64,000 nt of DNA from an uncultured Actinomycetes bacterium (GTDB taxonomy: Bacteria > Actinomycetota > Acidimicrobiia > IMCC26256 > PALSA-610), in the NCBI GenBank assembly GCA_963841215.1, contig CAWJBW010000001.1, positions 5,332 through 69,331 of the forward strand, in the 5' to 3' direction. Made by a program: the position numbers and the translations under genes. Of the stretch, positions 9,995 to 19,816 are shown in pieces. The notes below the pieces were generated by a model. That model searched no databases. It was not told where the DNA came from and saw nothing but the letters and a program-made list of their open reading frames with translations. The stretch's first letter is position 1, and each line of letters opens with the position of its first letter.

Positions 9995-11055
9995 GTGACC
10001 AAGCGGTGGACACAACGCCCGCCCGGCTCGACCTGGGGCGATTGGGGCGACGACGACGAGCTCGGCCGCATCAATCTGCTCACGCCCGAGAAGGTCCTCC
10101 AGGGCGTGCGCGAGGTCGAGGCCGGCGTCAGCTTCTGTCTGAGCCTCCCGCTCGACTTCCCCGGCGGAACCGCCTTGAACCAGCGTCGCCACCCGCCCGT
10201 TCTCGCGCCGACCGAAGACATGCGCGGCAACCGCGACACGCTTTTACAACGTCCACATGAGCGAGATGGAGGAGTGGGGAGACCCGCGCTACGTCGACGT
10301 GTGGGCCGACGACGTGGTGACGCTCTCGTTGCAGTACTCGACGCAGTGGGATTCGCTCGCCCACGTCGGCGCCGAGTTCGACGCCGACGGCGACGGTATC
10401 GAGGAGCCGGTCTATTACAACGGGTACCGCGCCGGCGTCGACCTCGTCGGACCGAAGCCCGACGCGGCGGGAGACGGCGGGCAGCACCGCTGCTTCGCGC
10501 ACCACCTCGGCCTGGAGCACATGGCCTACAACGGCGTGCAGGGGCGCGGCGTGCTCATCGATCTCGCCCACCACCTGGGCCACGAATGGCGCGGTGTCGA
10601 CCGGAAGACGCTCGAGGAGATCATGGCGGCGGACGGCGTCGTCGTGGAGCCGGGCGACATGCTCCTGCTGCACACCGGTTTCGCCACCGAGATCCTCGCG
10701 ATGGAACCGCGAGCCCGATCCCGTGAAGATCCACACGATGTGCACCTACCTCGACGCGCGTGACGAGGCACTGCTCGAGTGGATCAGCGAGTCACAGATC
10801 TCGGCGCTCGTGGCCGACAACTACGCGGTCGAAGGACTGGTCGGCAAGGATCGCGACGAGAGCCGGCACTCGTTCCTCCCGATCCACAACCTCTGCCTCT
10901 TCAAGCTCGGCGTTCCGCTCGGAGAGATGTGGTACCTGCACGAGCTCGCCACCTGGCTGCGCGAGCACAACCGCAGCCGGTTCCTGCTCACCGCGCCCCC
11001 ACTTCGATTGCCCGGAGCAGTCGGCTGCCCCCTCACACCCGTCGCAACGGTCTGA
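9995..11055 (+). CDS. Cyclase family (kynurenine formamidase-like) metal-dependent hydrolase; frameshifts near 10243 and 10700
   Basis: WGDWGDDDELGRINLLTPE, QYSTQWDSLAH, GRGVLID, GDMLLLHTG, ADNYAVE, LGVPLGEMWYL, PPLRLPGAVG across three frames. Confidence 0.88.
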
Positions 11056-11062
11056 CGTCGGT

Positions 11063-11108
11063 CGTTTGAACCTGCGCGTGCCTCACAGGGGCCGGCTGGG
11101 TTCAAACG
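11063..11108. terminator. Possible bidirectional hairpin between convergent genes
   Basis: CGTTTGAACC (11063-72) / GGTTCAAACG (11099-11108), 10-bp stem with a long loop. Confidence 0.3.
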
Positions 11109-12727
11109 GGGGACGCACGCGACAGCTTGAACGCCGTGTAGTCGTTCGCCTGAACGTCAGCGATCACCGCGAAGAGCTTGGGCCTTCCGCCCGAGTTCAG
11201 GAGGTACTTGCGCGGCTTCCCGGGGATGTTGGTTCCGAAGAAGTAGCTGCTCTCCCCGAACGGGGACTTCGCCGCGCCTCTGTCGACCATGCTCGTCCAC
11301 TCGTCTTCGGCCGCGGCGTCCACTTCGATCGTGTCGTAGCCGTGGTCGCGCGCGTACACGAGCGTGTCGATGATGAAGTCGACCTGATCGCCGTTGTACC
11401 GCGGGTTGTTGCCGGCCGCCGCGTGCGGCCCGCCGGGGAAGAAGAGGTTCGGGAAGCCGGCGCTCTGGACGCCGAGGAACGTCTTCGGACCATCGGCCCA
11501 GTAGTCGGCGAGCGTCAGACCGTGCCGGCCGCGGATCCCCATGCGCGTCAGCGCGCCGGTGCCGAAGTCGAACCCGGTCGCCCACACGACGATGTCGAAC
11601 TGCTGCTCACCTTCGGCGGTTTCGATCCCGCGCTCGGTCATGCGCACGATCGGCGTCTGCCCGAGATCGACGAGCGACACATTCGCGTTGTTGTACACCT
11701 CGTAGTAGCCGGTCACGAACGGCGGCCGCTTCTCGGCGAAGCGGTGGTCCTTCGGGATCAGCTTCTCCACCGTCTCGGGATCCTCGACGATGCTCCGGAT
11801 CTTCTCGGAGATGAACTCGCACCACGCTTCGTTCGCAGCGCGATCGAACATCAAGTCGGTGTAGTTGCTGGTCAGCTTGGAGAACCCGGGGCTCGACCAC
11901 ATCTTCTCGAAGAACGCCTGCCGCTCCTCCTTCGAATCATCGAAGGTGGCGCGATCGTGCGCCGGGTGGAGGAAGCCGCTGAGCGACGTGTTCAGCGTCA
12001 CGCACATCGCCTCGAAGTCGGCGCGGAGTTGTGCTTGCTCGTCGGGTGTGATCGGTGCGTTGTTGAGCGGTGTGCACCAGTTGGCGGTGCGTTGGTACAC
12101 GGTCAGTGAGGCAACGTCGCGAGCGATGGAAGGGATGATCTGCACGCCACTCGATCCGGTACCGATGACCGCGACGCGCTTGCCTGCGAAATCAACCGGC
12201 GTCGCCGGCCACCGTCCGGTGTGGTACGACTCGCCTCGGAAGACCTCGCGACCCGGCACGTCCGGGAAGTACGGCACCGAAAGGACGCCCGTCGCGGGGA
12301 TCAAGAAGCGGGTGCGGAACTCCCGTCCGTCGTCGACCCCCACGGTCCACTTCCCCGACGACTCGTCGTACACGGCCGAAGTCACCTGCGAGTGCAGGTG
12401 GATGTGGCGCCGCAGGTCGAACCGGTCGACCACATGGTTGAGGTAACGCTCGGTCTCCGGCTGTTCCGCGAAGTGCTCTTGCCACTCCCATTCGTCGAAC
12501 AGTTCCTTCGAGAACAGGTAGCCGTACGTGTAGCTCTCGGAGTCGAACCGCGCGCCCGGGTAACGGTTCCAGTACCACGTACCGCCGACGCCACCGCCCG
12601 CCTCGAGCAGCGCCGCGGAGAACCCCACTTCACGGGCGCGGTACAGCTGGTAGATGCCGGTGATGCCGGCGCCGACGACCAGCACGTCGACGTCGGCGGC
12701 GAGCCGTGCAGGTTCGTGGGTTCCCAT
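11102..12727 (-). CDS. Type I Baeyer-Villiger monooxygenase
   Basis: GAGITG, GGTWYWNRYPGARFD, fingerprint FRGESYHTGRWP, GTGSSG, ATGF. Confidence 0.95.
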   Translation of the reverse strand: MGTHEPARLAADVDVLVVGAGITGIYQLYRAREVGFSAALLEAGGGVGGTWYWNRYPGARFDSESYTYGYLFSKELFDEWEWQEHFAEQPETERYLNHVVDRFDLRRHIHLHSQVTSAVYDESSGKWTVGVDDGREFRTRFLIPATGVLSVPYFPDVPGREVFRGESYHTGRWPATPVDFAGKRVAVIGTGSSGVQIIPSIARDVASLTVYQRTANWCTPLNNAPITPDEQAQLRADFEAMCVTLNTSLSGFLHPAHDRATFDDSKEERQAFFEKMWSSPGFSKLTSNYTDLMFDRAANEAWCEFISEKIRSIVEDPETVEKLIPKDHRFAEKRPPFVTGYYEVYNNANVSLVDLGQTPIVRMTERGIETAEGEQQFDIVVWATGFDFGTGALTRMGIRGRHGLTLADYWADGPKTFLGVQSAGFPNLFFPGGPHAAAGNNPRYNGDQVDFIIDTLVYARDHGYDTIEVDAAAEDEWTSMVDRGAAKSPFGESSYFFGTNIPGKPRKYLLNSGGRPKLFAVIADVQANDYTAFKLSRASPV

Positions 12728-12738
12728 GGCGGGGCGTA

Positions 12739-12756
12739 TTGTACCGATCGGTACGC
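12739..12756. promoter_or_regulatory. Palindromic operator copy 4 (TTGTACCGATCGGTACGC)
   Basis: In the divergent BVMO/Rieske spacer; overlaps a minus-strand TACAAT (12738-12743). Confidence 0.78.
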
Positions 12757-12788
12757 AAGTGGACCCGGGACGCGGAGAGGGGAGCGGT

Positions 12789-14153
12789 GTGGCGATCGCG
12801 GATCGGAAGTGGTCGGCCCTCCCGGTGCCCTACGCGATGGAGTTCCCGGACCGGGCGCGCAAGGAGCGCTACTACGACCCGGACTTCTACGCGATGGAGG
12901 CCGAGCTCCTCTGGCCGCGGGTCTGGCAGATGGCCTGCCGGCTCGAAGAGATCCCGCAGCCGCGCGACTTCGTCGAGTACGAGTTCCTCGACCAGTCGAT
13001 CATCGTGTTGCGCACCGACGACATGGGGGTGCGCGCGTTCCAGAACGCGTGCCGCCATCGGGGCGTCAAGGTCGTCGCAGGGCGCGGGACGTGCACGAAC
13101 GGGTTCACCTGCCCGTTTCACGGGTGGTGCTACGGGCTCGACGGCACGAACACCCACGTCACGCAGCGGAAGACGTTCGCCGAGCACAACTTGCACCCCG
13201 ACGACATCAACCTCGTGCCGGTGCAGTGCGAGACGTGGGGCGGCTGCGCGTGGATCAACCTCGACCTCGATGCGCCACCGTTGCGTGAATGCATCGAGCC
13301 CTACGCGACGATCCTCGACGGATGGAAGGTGGAATCGCTGCGGACGGAGTGGTGGTACGCATGCCGTCTGCCGGTGAACTGGAAGCTCGCGCAGGCGGCG
13401 TTCATGGAGCAGTACCACGTGATCGAGACGCACCCGCAGCTCCGCATCGCCGGTCGGTACGCGCCGCGCACCGGCGCGGCATTCGATCCGCGCGCGTTCG
13501 TCGAAGCCGACATCCACTACCTGCGCACGATGAGCGAAGGCATGGCCGGGATGGTGCACGCGAACGACGTTCGCATCGCCGAGGGCATCCAGGACATGGA
13601 GCTGCCCGCTGACGCGAGCACCGCGATCTCGACGTGGCAACGCACGCTGAACGACGCGGTCGTGCACTGGCACCGCGCCGTTGGCCACGACATCCCCGAT
13701 CTCAACGAGCTCGAAGCGCGCGGTGGCGCCGAACCGATGGCGTACTGCTTTCCGCACGCCTTCGTCCTGCCCATGTACAGCAGCGCCTCCGCATACCGCT
13801 TCCGTCCGCTCGGACCGGAAGAGACCTTGATGGAGATCTGGTCGCTGACGCGATTCGCCGAGGGCGACGGTCCGCCGAAGCCGACGCCGCCGGAGCCGTG
13901 GGAGGCCGACGATCCGCGGTGGCCGCCCATCCCCGCGCAGGACTTCTCGAACCTGCCGCGACAGCAGAAGGGCCTGCACGCGAAAGGTTTCGAGTACATG
14001 CGCCTGTCCGAGCGGGCCGAGGGACACCTCTCGAACTTCGAGCGGACGGTCGACGGCTTCCTCGCCGGGCTCCCTTACGAGAAGCTGCTCCCCGCGCTGC
14101 GTGCGATCAACGTCAACCCGCTCGAGATGCCCATCGTCGACATCGGGTTCTGA
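12789..14153 (+). CDS. Rieske non-heme iron oxygenase, alpha subunit
   Basis: CRHRG...CPFHGW Rieske motif; NWK...EQYHVIETH mononuclear iron motif; QD near the C-terminus. Confidence 0.93.
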   Translation: MAIADRKWSALPVPYAMEFPDRARKERYYDPDFYAMEAELLWPRVWQMACRLEEIPQPRDFVEYEFLDQSIIVLRTDDMGVRAFQNACRHRGVKVVAGRGTCTNGFTCPFHGWCYGLDGTNTHVTQRKTFAEHNLHPDDINLVPVQCETWGGCAWINLDLDAPPLRECIEPYATILDGWKVESLRTEWWYACRLPVNWKLAQAAFMEQYHVIETHPQLRIAGRYAPRTGAAFDPRAFVEADIHYLRTMSEGMAGMVHANDVRIAEGIQDMELPADASTAISTWQRTLNDAVVHWHRAVGHDIPDLNELEARGGAEPMAYCFPHAFVLPMYSSASAYRFRPLGPEETLMEIWSLTRFAEGDGPPKPTPPEPWEADDPRWPPIPAQDFSNLPRQQKGLHAKGFEYMRLSERAEGHLSNFERTVDGFLAGLPYEKLLPALRAINVNPLEMPIVDIGF

Positions 14154-14165
14154 TGAGTTACCCAC

Positions 14166-14554
14166 ATGAGGTACGCGGATGTCGTCGAGGGCATCCGGGC
14201 CACGATTGCCGCGTATACGCACGCGCTCGACGACGGCCGTACCGACGACGTCGTCGCCACCTTCTGCCCCGACGGCGTGGTCGACATCCCCGGAATGGGC
14301 ACCCACGTTGGTCACGACGCGCTGCGCGCCGCGTACCGCGCTGGAAACCGCGCCGGCCCCAGCGCCATTTGGTCGTCAACACGCTCGTGACGGAGTGGAG
14401 CGGCGAGGAGGCGAAGGCGACGAGCGACGTGGTCTTCCTGCTGCAGGGCGACGCCGGCTGGTCTGTGCAGGTCGTCGGCCGCTACGAAGACACCCTGCAC
14501 TGCGCCGAGGGCAGCTGGCGCTTCCACCGGCGCGCAGCCGAGTTCCTGACCTAG
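14166..14554 (+). CDS. SnoaL-like/NTF2 fold protein (frameshift near 14340)
   Basis: IAAYTHALDDGRTDDVVATFCPDG...QRHLVVN...GRYEDTL...WRFHRR. Confidence 0.8.
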
Positions 14555-14563
14555 GCGGTACGA

Positions 14564-15628
14564 GTGGCGAACACACGTCGATATCGGGTCGTCCAATGGA
14601 CGACGGGCAATGTCGGCAAGAGCTCCGTGCAGGCGATCGCGGCGAACCCGACGCTCGAGCTCGTCGGCTGTTACGCGTGGTCGCCGGACAAGGTCGGCCG
14701 CGACGTCGGTGAGCTGTGCGGCATGGACCCGCTGGGCGTGACGGCGACCGACGACGTCGACGCGTTGCTCGCGCTGAAGCCGGACTGCGTCGTGTACAAC
14801 CCGATGTGGATGGACACCGACGAGCTGGTGCGCATCCTGTCGGCGGGGGTGAACGTCGTGTCGACGGCTGCGTTCATCACCGGACACAACCTGGGCCCCG
14901 GTCGCGACCGGATCGAGGAAGCCTGCGCGCGCGGCCGTGCGACGATGTTCGGCACGGGTATCAGCCCGGGCTTCGCGGAGCTGCTGGCGATCGTGACGGC
15001 CACGATCTGCGACCGGGTCGACAAGGTGACGGTGAACGAGGCCGCCGACACGACGTTCTACGACTCACCCGCGACGGAGATCCCGGTGGGCTTCGGCAAG
15101 CCGATCGATCACCCCGAGCTGCTGAAGATGACGACCCACGGGACGGCCGTCTTCGGCGAGGCTGTGCGGATGGTGGCCGACGCCCTCGGTGTCGAGCTCG
15201 ACGACGTGCGGTGCGAGGCCGAGTACGCGCAGACCACCGCCGACCTCGACCTCGGATCGTGGACCATCGCCGCGGGATGCGTCGCGGGGGTCGCCGCGAG
15301 CTGGAAGGGATCCGTCGGCGGCAAGGTCCTGGTCGAGCTCAACGTGCGGTGGCGCAAGGGACAGACGCTCGAACCCGACTGGAAGATCGACCAGGACGGT
15401 TGGGTGATCCAGATCGACGGCCGGCCGACGGTGACCGCGAACATCGGCTTCCTGCCTCCGCCCGACTTCGAAGCCGAGACGATGGCCGACTTCATGGTGC
15501 TCGGCCACATCATGACGGCGGCGCCGCCGCTGAACGCGATCCCGGCCGTCGTCGCCGCGGCACCCGGTATCGCGACCTACAACGATCTCCCGCTGGTACT
15601 GCCGCGCGGGATCGCGTCGTCGGGCTAG
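14564..15628 (+). CDS. NAD(P)-dependent oxidoreductase, dihydrodipicolinate reductase/diaminopentanoate dehydrogenase-like
   Basis: RVVQWTTGNVG, GVNVVST, GTGISPGF, NAIPAVVAAAPGI. Confidence 0.82.
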   Translation: MANTRRYRVVQWTTGNVGKSSVQAIAANPTLELVGCYAWSPDKVGRDVGELCGMDPLGVTATDDVDALLALKPDCVVYNPMWMDTDELVRILSAGVNVVSTAAFITGHNLGPGRDRIEEACARGRATMFGTGISPGFAELLAIVTATICDRVDKVTVNEAADTTFYDSPATEIPVGFGKPIDHPELLKMTTHGTAVFGEAVRMVADALGVELDDVRCEAEYAQTTADLDLGSWTIAAGCVAGVAASWKGSVGGKVLVELNVRWRKGQTLEPDWKIDQDGWVIQIDGRPTVTANIGFLPPPDFEAETMADFMVLGHIMTAAPPLNAIPAVVAAAPGIATYNDLPLVLPRGIASSG

Positions 15629-15634
15629 CGCGCG

Positions 15635-16403
15635 CTACTCGAACAGGTCGGGCTGCTCGCGTGTGATCATCGCGTAGAGCGGCTGGAACGCGTAGTCACA
15701 CGCGATCGGCGATCCGACCTGCTGGTACGTCTTGCGCGCCATGTCGGCATCGATGAGCACGGGAGTCCCTGCCGCCTCGGCGAGCAACTGCGCCTGACAG
15801 CGTCCGTTCCATCGTGATGAACGACCAGACCGCCGCGTCGACGGAATGACCGACCGTGAGGAGCCCGTGGTTGCGGAGGATCACCGCTTTGCAGTCGCCG
15901 AGGGCTGCACCGATCCGCTTGCCTTCTTCGAGATCGAGCACGACCCCGGTGTAGTCGTCGAACAGCGCGTGGTCCTCGAAGAACGCGCACGCGTCCTGCG
16001 TGATCGGATCGAGGAGACGGCCCAACGAGGACCATGCCTTGCCGTACAGGGAGTGCGAGTGCGCGGCCGCGACCACGTCGGGACGACCCGCATGCACCTG
16101 CGAATGGATCGCGAACGCGGCGCGGTTGACCATCGCGTCGCCTTCGACCACCGCGCCCGTATGGTCGACGCAGATCAGGTCGGAGACACGGACGTGCTTG
16201 AAGCTCATCCCGAACGGGTTGACCCAGAAGCGATCGAGGTGTTCCGGATCACGCACGGTGATGTGGCCGGCGACCCCCTCGTCGAACCCGAACTTGCCGA
16301 ACAGCCGGAACGACGCGGCCAGGCGTTGCTTGCGGTGCAGGCGTTCCTCCTCCACGGACTCGAATTTGGAGAGGAGGGCCAGGTCGGGAAGCAGCGCGGG
16401 CAT
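15635..16403 (-). CDS. Class II aldolase/adducin family protein (frameshift near 15800)
   Basis: GVAGHITVRDP, AFAIHSQVH, AAHSHS, ILRNHGLLTVG; C-terminus FQPLYAMITREQPDLFE-TAG; leaderless TAGGAT+6 nt+ATG. Confidence 0.92.
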
Positions 16404-16450
16404 GCCGAAATCCTAGGCCCGCGCCGACAGCAGCCATTCCGCAGTCGGCG

Positions 16451-17599
16451 TTACAACCAGTCGCGGCGCTTGAAGATCACGTACAAAGTGACGCAGGTCG
16501 CGACCATGAGCGAAAGCGCCAGGGGATACCCGAACCACCAATCGAGCTCGGGCATGTTCTCGAAGTTCATGCCGTAGACGGTGCCGATCAGCGTGGGCGC
16601 GAAGAGGATCGCAGCCCAGGCCGAGATCCTCTTGACCTCCTCGTTCTGGATGTTGCTCGCGGCGGCAAGGTTCTTCATCTCTTCGTTCTGCTGTTGGGCG
16701 ACGAGCGTCGCGTTGACCGTGAGCATGTCGCGCAGCAGCTGCCGGAACTCTTCGACGCGCTCGACCACCTGCGTCAAGTGGTCGTCGACATCGCGCAGGT
16801 AGCGTTGGAGCTCGTCGTCGATGCCGTATTTCGCGAAGCCCGCGGTCAGTGCCGACAACACTTCCGTCAACGGTCGCGTCGCGCGTTGGAACTCGGTCAC
16901 CTCGCGCGACAGCTCGTAGATGCGCCGCGAGACACGAGGGTCACCGCTGAACACCTCGATCTCGATCTCGTCGATGTCGTTGCCGAGACCCGCGACGACA
17001 GGCAGATACCCGTCGACCACACGGTCGAGGATGGCGTACAGCACCGCCTCGGGGCCGCGCCGGAGCAAGTCGGGCTGGCTCTCGAGCCGGCGCCGCACGG
17101 CCCCGAGATCGGGCGCCTCGCTGTGACGCACGGTCAGCACGAAGTCGCGCCCGACGAAGATGTGCACCTCGCCGAACTCGACCTCTTCGATCTCGTCGAC
17201 GTAGCGCGCCGGACGCAGCACGACGAACAGGATGTCCTCGTACCGCTCGATCTTCGGGCGCTGGTGGGCGACGATCGCGTCCTCGACTGCGAGCTCGTGC
17301 AGCCGGAACTGTTCGGCGAGTGACGCGACCTCGTGCCCTTCGGGCCGGTAGAGCCCGATCCACGCCATGCCGTCCGGCTGGTTGTGCAGACACTCGTACG
17401 TCTCCGCCAGCGTGCGGGGCGAGGCGACGCGGTCTCCGTCGACGTACACCGCGCTGTCGACGATTCTCGAGGCCGAGCCCGAGGCCTCGGCTTCGTCTTC
17501 GTCCGTCGACGCGACCGCTTCTACGGCGTCGTCGCGCTCACCCGTCCGCCGGCGGGTGGGGACGAGCGAGCGAATGGGGGACCGACGACGCTCCGGCAA
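16451..17599 (-). CDS. corA: Magnesium/cobalt transporter CorA
   Basis: HELAVEDA..AHQRPKIERY, signature YGMNFENMPEL, two C-terminal TM helices. Confidence 0.95.
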   Translation of the reverse strand: MPERRRSPIRSLVPTRRRTGERDDAVEAVASTDEDEAEASGSASRIVDSAVYVDGDRVASPRTLAETYECLHNQPDGMAWIGLYRPEGHEVASLAEQFRLHELAVEDAIVAHQRPKIERYEDILFVVLRPARYVDEIEEVEFGEVHIFVGRDFVLTVRHSEAPDLGAVRRRLESQPDLLRRGPEAVLYAILDRVVDGYLPVVAGLGNDIDEIEIEVFSGDPRVSRRIYELSREVTEFQRATRPLTEVLSALTAGFAKYGIDDELQRYLRDVDDHLTQVVERVEEFRQLLRDMLTVNATLVAQQQNEEMKNLAAASNIQNEEVKRISAWAAILFAPTLIGTVYGMNFENMPELDWWFGYPLALSLMVATCVTLYVIFKRRDWL

Positions 17600-17635
17600 T
17601 CGATACCTCGCTCTCGACGTCTCCCGTTCCCGGCG

Positions 17636-18478
17636 TCATCCTACGGTGTCGGGCTCGGTCGCCTGGCCGGTGTCGTCGCAGGGCAACGGCGCGTCGAACC
17701 CTGCGACTTCGAGCTCTTCGTCGAGGATCCGCAGCGCTCGCTCCATCGCCACCGGACGCAAGGATCCGATACCGCGCCCGAAAGGGTTGTCGAGGAAGTG
17801 CAACAGCAGCAGCAGCGTGACGATGACGAACACGACCGAGCCCATGAGCATCGCCTGCGTCACCGCGCGCTCACCGCTGTCGGCGAAGAACAACATGTAT
17901 ACGAAGATCACGAACGAGATCGTGAACAGCACGATCCACAACGGGGTCGGGATCACCCCGACTGCGCCGTGCACGCGGTCCTGGCGGGCGACCTGGCGGT
18001 CGGCGGTCTGGTCGAGCCACTTGCTGTACGCAGCTTCTTCGCTCGCGGTCTGCGGCTCGACCAACTTGAGCGTGTCGAACATCGCGGACCCCCACGGATT
18101 CAACTCCTCCCCGAGCGACCCGTCCTCGAGCCGGTCCCACTCCGGGCCGGCGACGTAGCGGGCGTAGCAGACGAGCTCGCCACTCAGCTGCTCGCGAGCT
18201 CGAGGTTCGAAGAACTGCGCGGTCTCGACCTGTTGGGCAACCGTGACCGCCTCCGCCTCGGCACCCGCGCGCGACTCGTCGTACGTCGTGAACGCGAGGA
18301 ACACGATGAAGCCGAGCAGGATCGCGAATCCCGAAGCCAACACGCCGAAGACGCCGGAGGCGCGGTCGCCGTCCGCGAAGTAACTCCCGTCAGGAGCCCG
18401 CCGCCGCACGAACAACATCACCGCGACCGCCACCAGCGCGACCACGATCGTGATGACGAATCCGATGACGACGTTCAT
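17636..18478 (-). CDS. Membrane protein, DUF4239/bestrophin-like
   Basis: Four hydrophobic segments; FAILLGFIVF...EA, IPTPLW, LDNPFG pattern. Confidence 0.7.
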   Translation of the reverse strand: MNVVIGFVITIVVALVAVAVMLFVRRRAPDGSYFADGDRASGVFGVLASGFAILLGFIVFLAFTTYDESRAGAEAEAVTVAQQVETAQFFEPRAREQLSGELVCYARYVAGPEWDRLEDGSLGEELNPWGSAMFDTLKLVEPQTASEEAAYSKWLDQTADRQVARQDRVHGAVGVIPTPLWIVLFTISFVIFVYMLFFADSGERAVTQAMLMGSVVFVIVTLLLLLHFLDNPFGRGIGSLRPVAMERALRILDEELEVAGFDAPLPCDDTGQATEPDTVG

Positions 18479-18632
18479 GTGTGCGGAAAACCCTATTGGC
18501 GCGATCCCGCACATGTGGTGATCCCGTCGAGGGGATTACGCCACCATGCCGCCGGCAGCAGGCACTCGAAGATCGCCACTCTTGCGCCGGAATGGTGCGA
18601 CCATTGCACGAAGCGCAAACACTGGAGGCGCG

Positions 18633-18956
18633 ATGTTCAACTTCTGGACCGTGATGTACCTCGTGTTCATCGGCTTGATCGCGGGCTACGCCGCCCGCTT
18701 CTTGCTCAAGGGCGAGGACACGATGACGTGGTGGCAGACGATGCTGCTCGGCATCGTCGGGTCGTTCATCGGTGGGTTCGGCGCGTACGTGCTCTTCGGT
18801 TGGGACGATGACGAAGGCTTCTTCCAACCGAGCGGATTGATCGCCTCTGTCCTCGGTGCGATCGTCGCCTTGCTCATCTGGCGCGTGATCCAGAACGCGC
18901 GCCGCGCCGACCGCGCCCCACTGAGCGCGTCGGCCACTGAGCGCGTCGGCCACTGA
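18633..18956 (+). CDS. GlsB/YeaQ/YmgE (transglycosylase-associated) stress-response membrane protein
   Basis: IGLIAGYAARFLLKG...TMLLGIVGSFIGG...IASVLGAIVALL; GGAGG RBS. The exact stop lies inside a 16-bp triplication. Confidence 0.88.
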   Translation: MFNFWTVMYLVFIGLIAGYAARFLLKGEDTMTWWQTMLLGIVGSFIGGFGAYVLFGWDDDEGFFQPSGLIASVLGAIVALLIWRVIQNARRADRAPLSASATERVGH

Positions 18957-18965
18957 GCGCGTCGG
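18918..18965. repeat. Perfect 16-bp tandem repeat x3 (CCACTGAGCGCGTCGG)
   Basis: Units at 18918, 18934 and 18950; each contains TGA. Confidence 0.95.
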
Positions 18966-18973
18966 GTCGCCGC

Positions 18974-19816
18974 TTACGACGGTGGCGACCAGGGAGTGAT
19001 CGGCCGCTCCAAGAGCGTTCCGTCGACGACGATGTCGACGCGCTCGTTGAAGAACGCGATGCGGCCGGTGATCTCGGCTGCCTCGCGCAAGGGCTGCCGG
19101 TAGGTCCAGGCGACGTCTTCGGCTTCGCTGGTGGACCAGTACGAGGCTTGGCCCTTGTAGGCGCAGAACGTCTCACGCCGGCTGGGTTCGAGGAGTTCGG
19201 TCCTCACGTCCTCGACCGGTAGGTAGTAGCGAACCGGGAGGGGCGGTTCGAAGAGCAGTGCGGGCCGGGTGCTCTCGGCCAGCAGCGTGCCGCCGAACTC
19301 GATGCGGACATGGCGCGAGCTGTGGAGGATGTCGATGCGATGGAACGGGTCCCGCGGATGGGAGACGTTGCGTTCGTCCTCCTCGTACCACGCATCGAAG
19401 GCATCGAAGTCGACGGTGACGTAGCCCGCGAGCGCAGGATCGGAGGGCCGGAACGCTTCGGCCGCGCGCGTACCGCCGCGTGCCCGCACCGCGACGGGCG
19501 CGCCGTCGGTGGTGTGCACCGAGAACGGGACGCTGGGATCGAGTACGACACGGTCGCCGAGCCGCTGCCCGCCGATCGCGGAGACGTCTTCGGGTGCGGC
19601 GCCGGCCTGGGCAGGTGCCGCGTCGATGTCGCCCGCGATGTCGTCGGTCGGAACGGCATAGGTCGGCACGACGCGCTTGGGTTCCCACACGAGGAGGGCG
19701 CGGGTGGTGTCGATCACTGTCTGTCCGTCGAGTGACGCGCGGATCCGCTTCTCGGAAGGCTCGTGGCGCAGCTCCCCGAGCTCGTTCATCATCAGATCGC
19801 GCATGCGAAGGCTCAT
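18974..19816 (-). CDS. Tandem DUF427 domain protein
   Basis: DTTRALLVWE, WYEEDE...HPRDPFHRIDIL, LFEPPLPVRYY, CAYKGQASYWS, AWTYRQP; leaderless TAATGT+6 nt+ATG. Confidence 0.9.
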   Translation of the reverse strand: MSLRMRDLMMNELGELRHEPSEKRIRASLDGQTVIDTTRALLVWEPKRVVPTYAVPTDDIAGDIDAAPAQAGAAPEDVSAIGGQRLGDRVVLDPSVPFSVHTTDGAPVAVRARGGTRAAEAFRPSDPALAGYVTVDFDAFDAWYEEDERNVSHPRDPFHRIDILHSSRHVRIEFGGTLLAESTRPALLFEPPLPVRYYLPVEDVRTELLEPSRRETFCAYKGQASYWSTSEAEDVAWTYRQPLREAAEITGRIAFFNERVDIVVDGTLLERPITPWSPPS

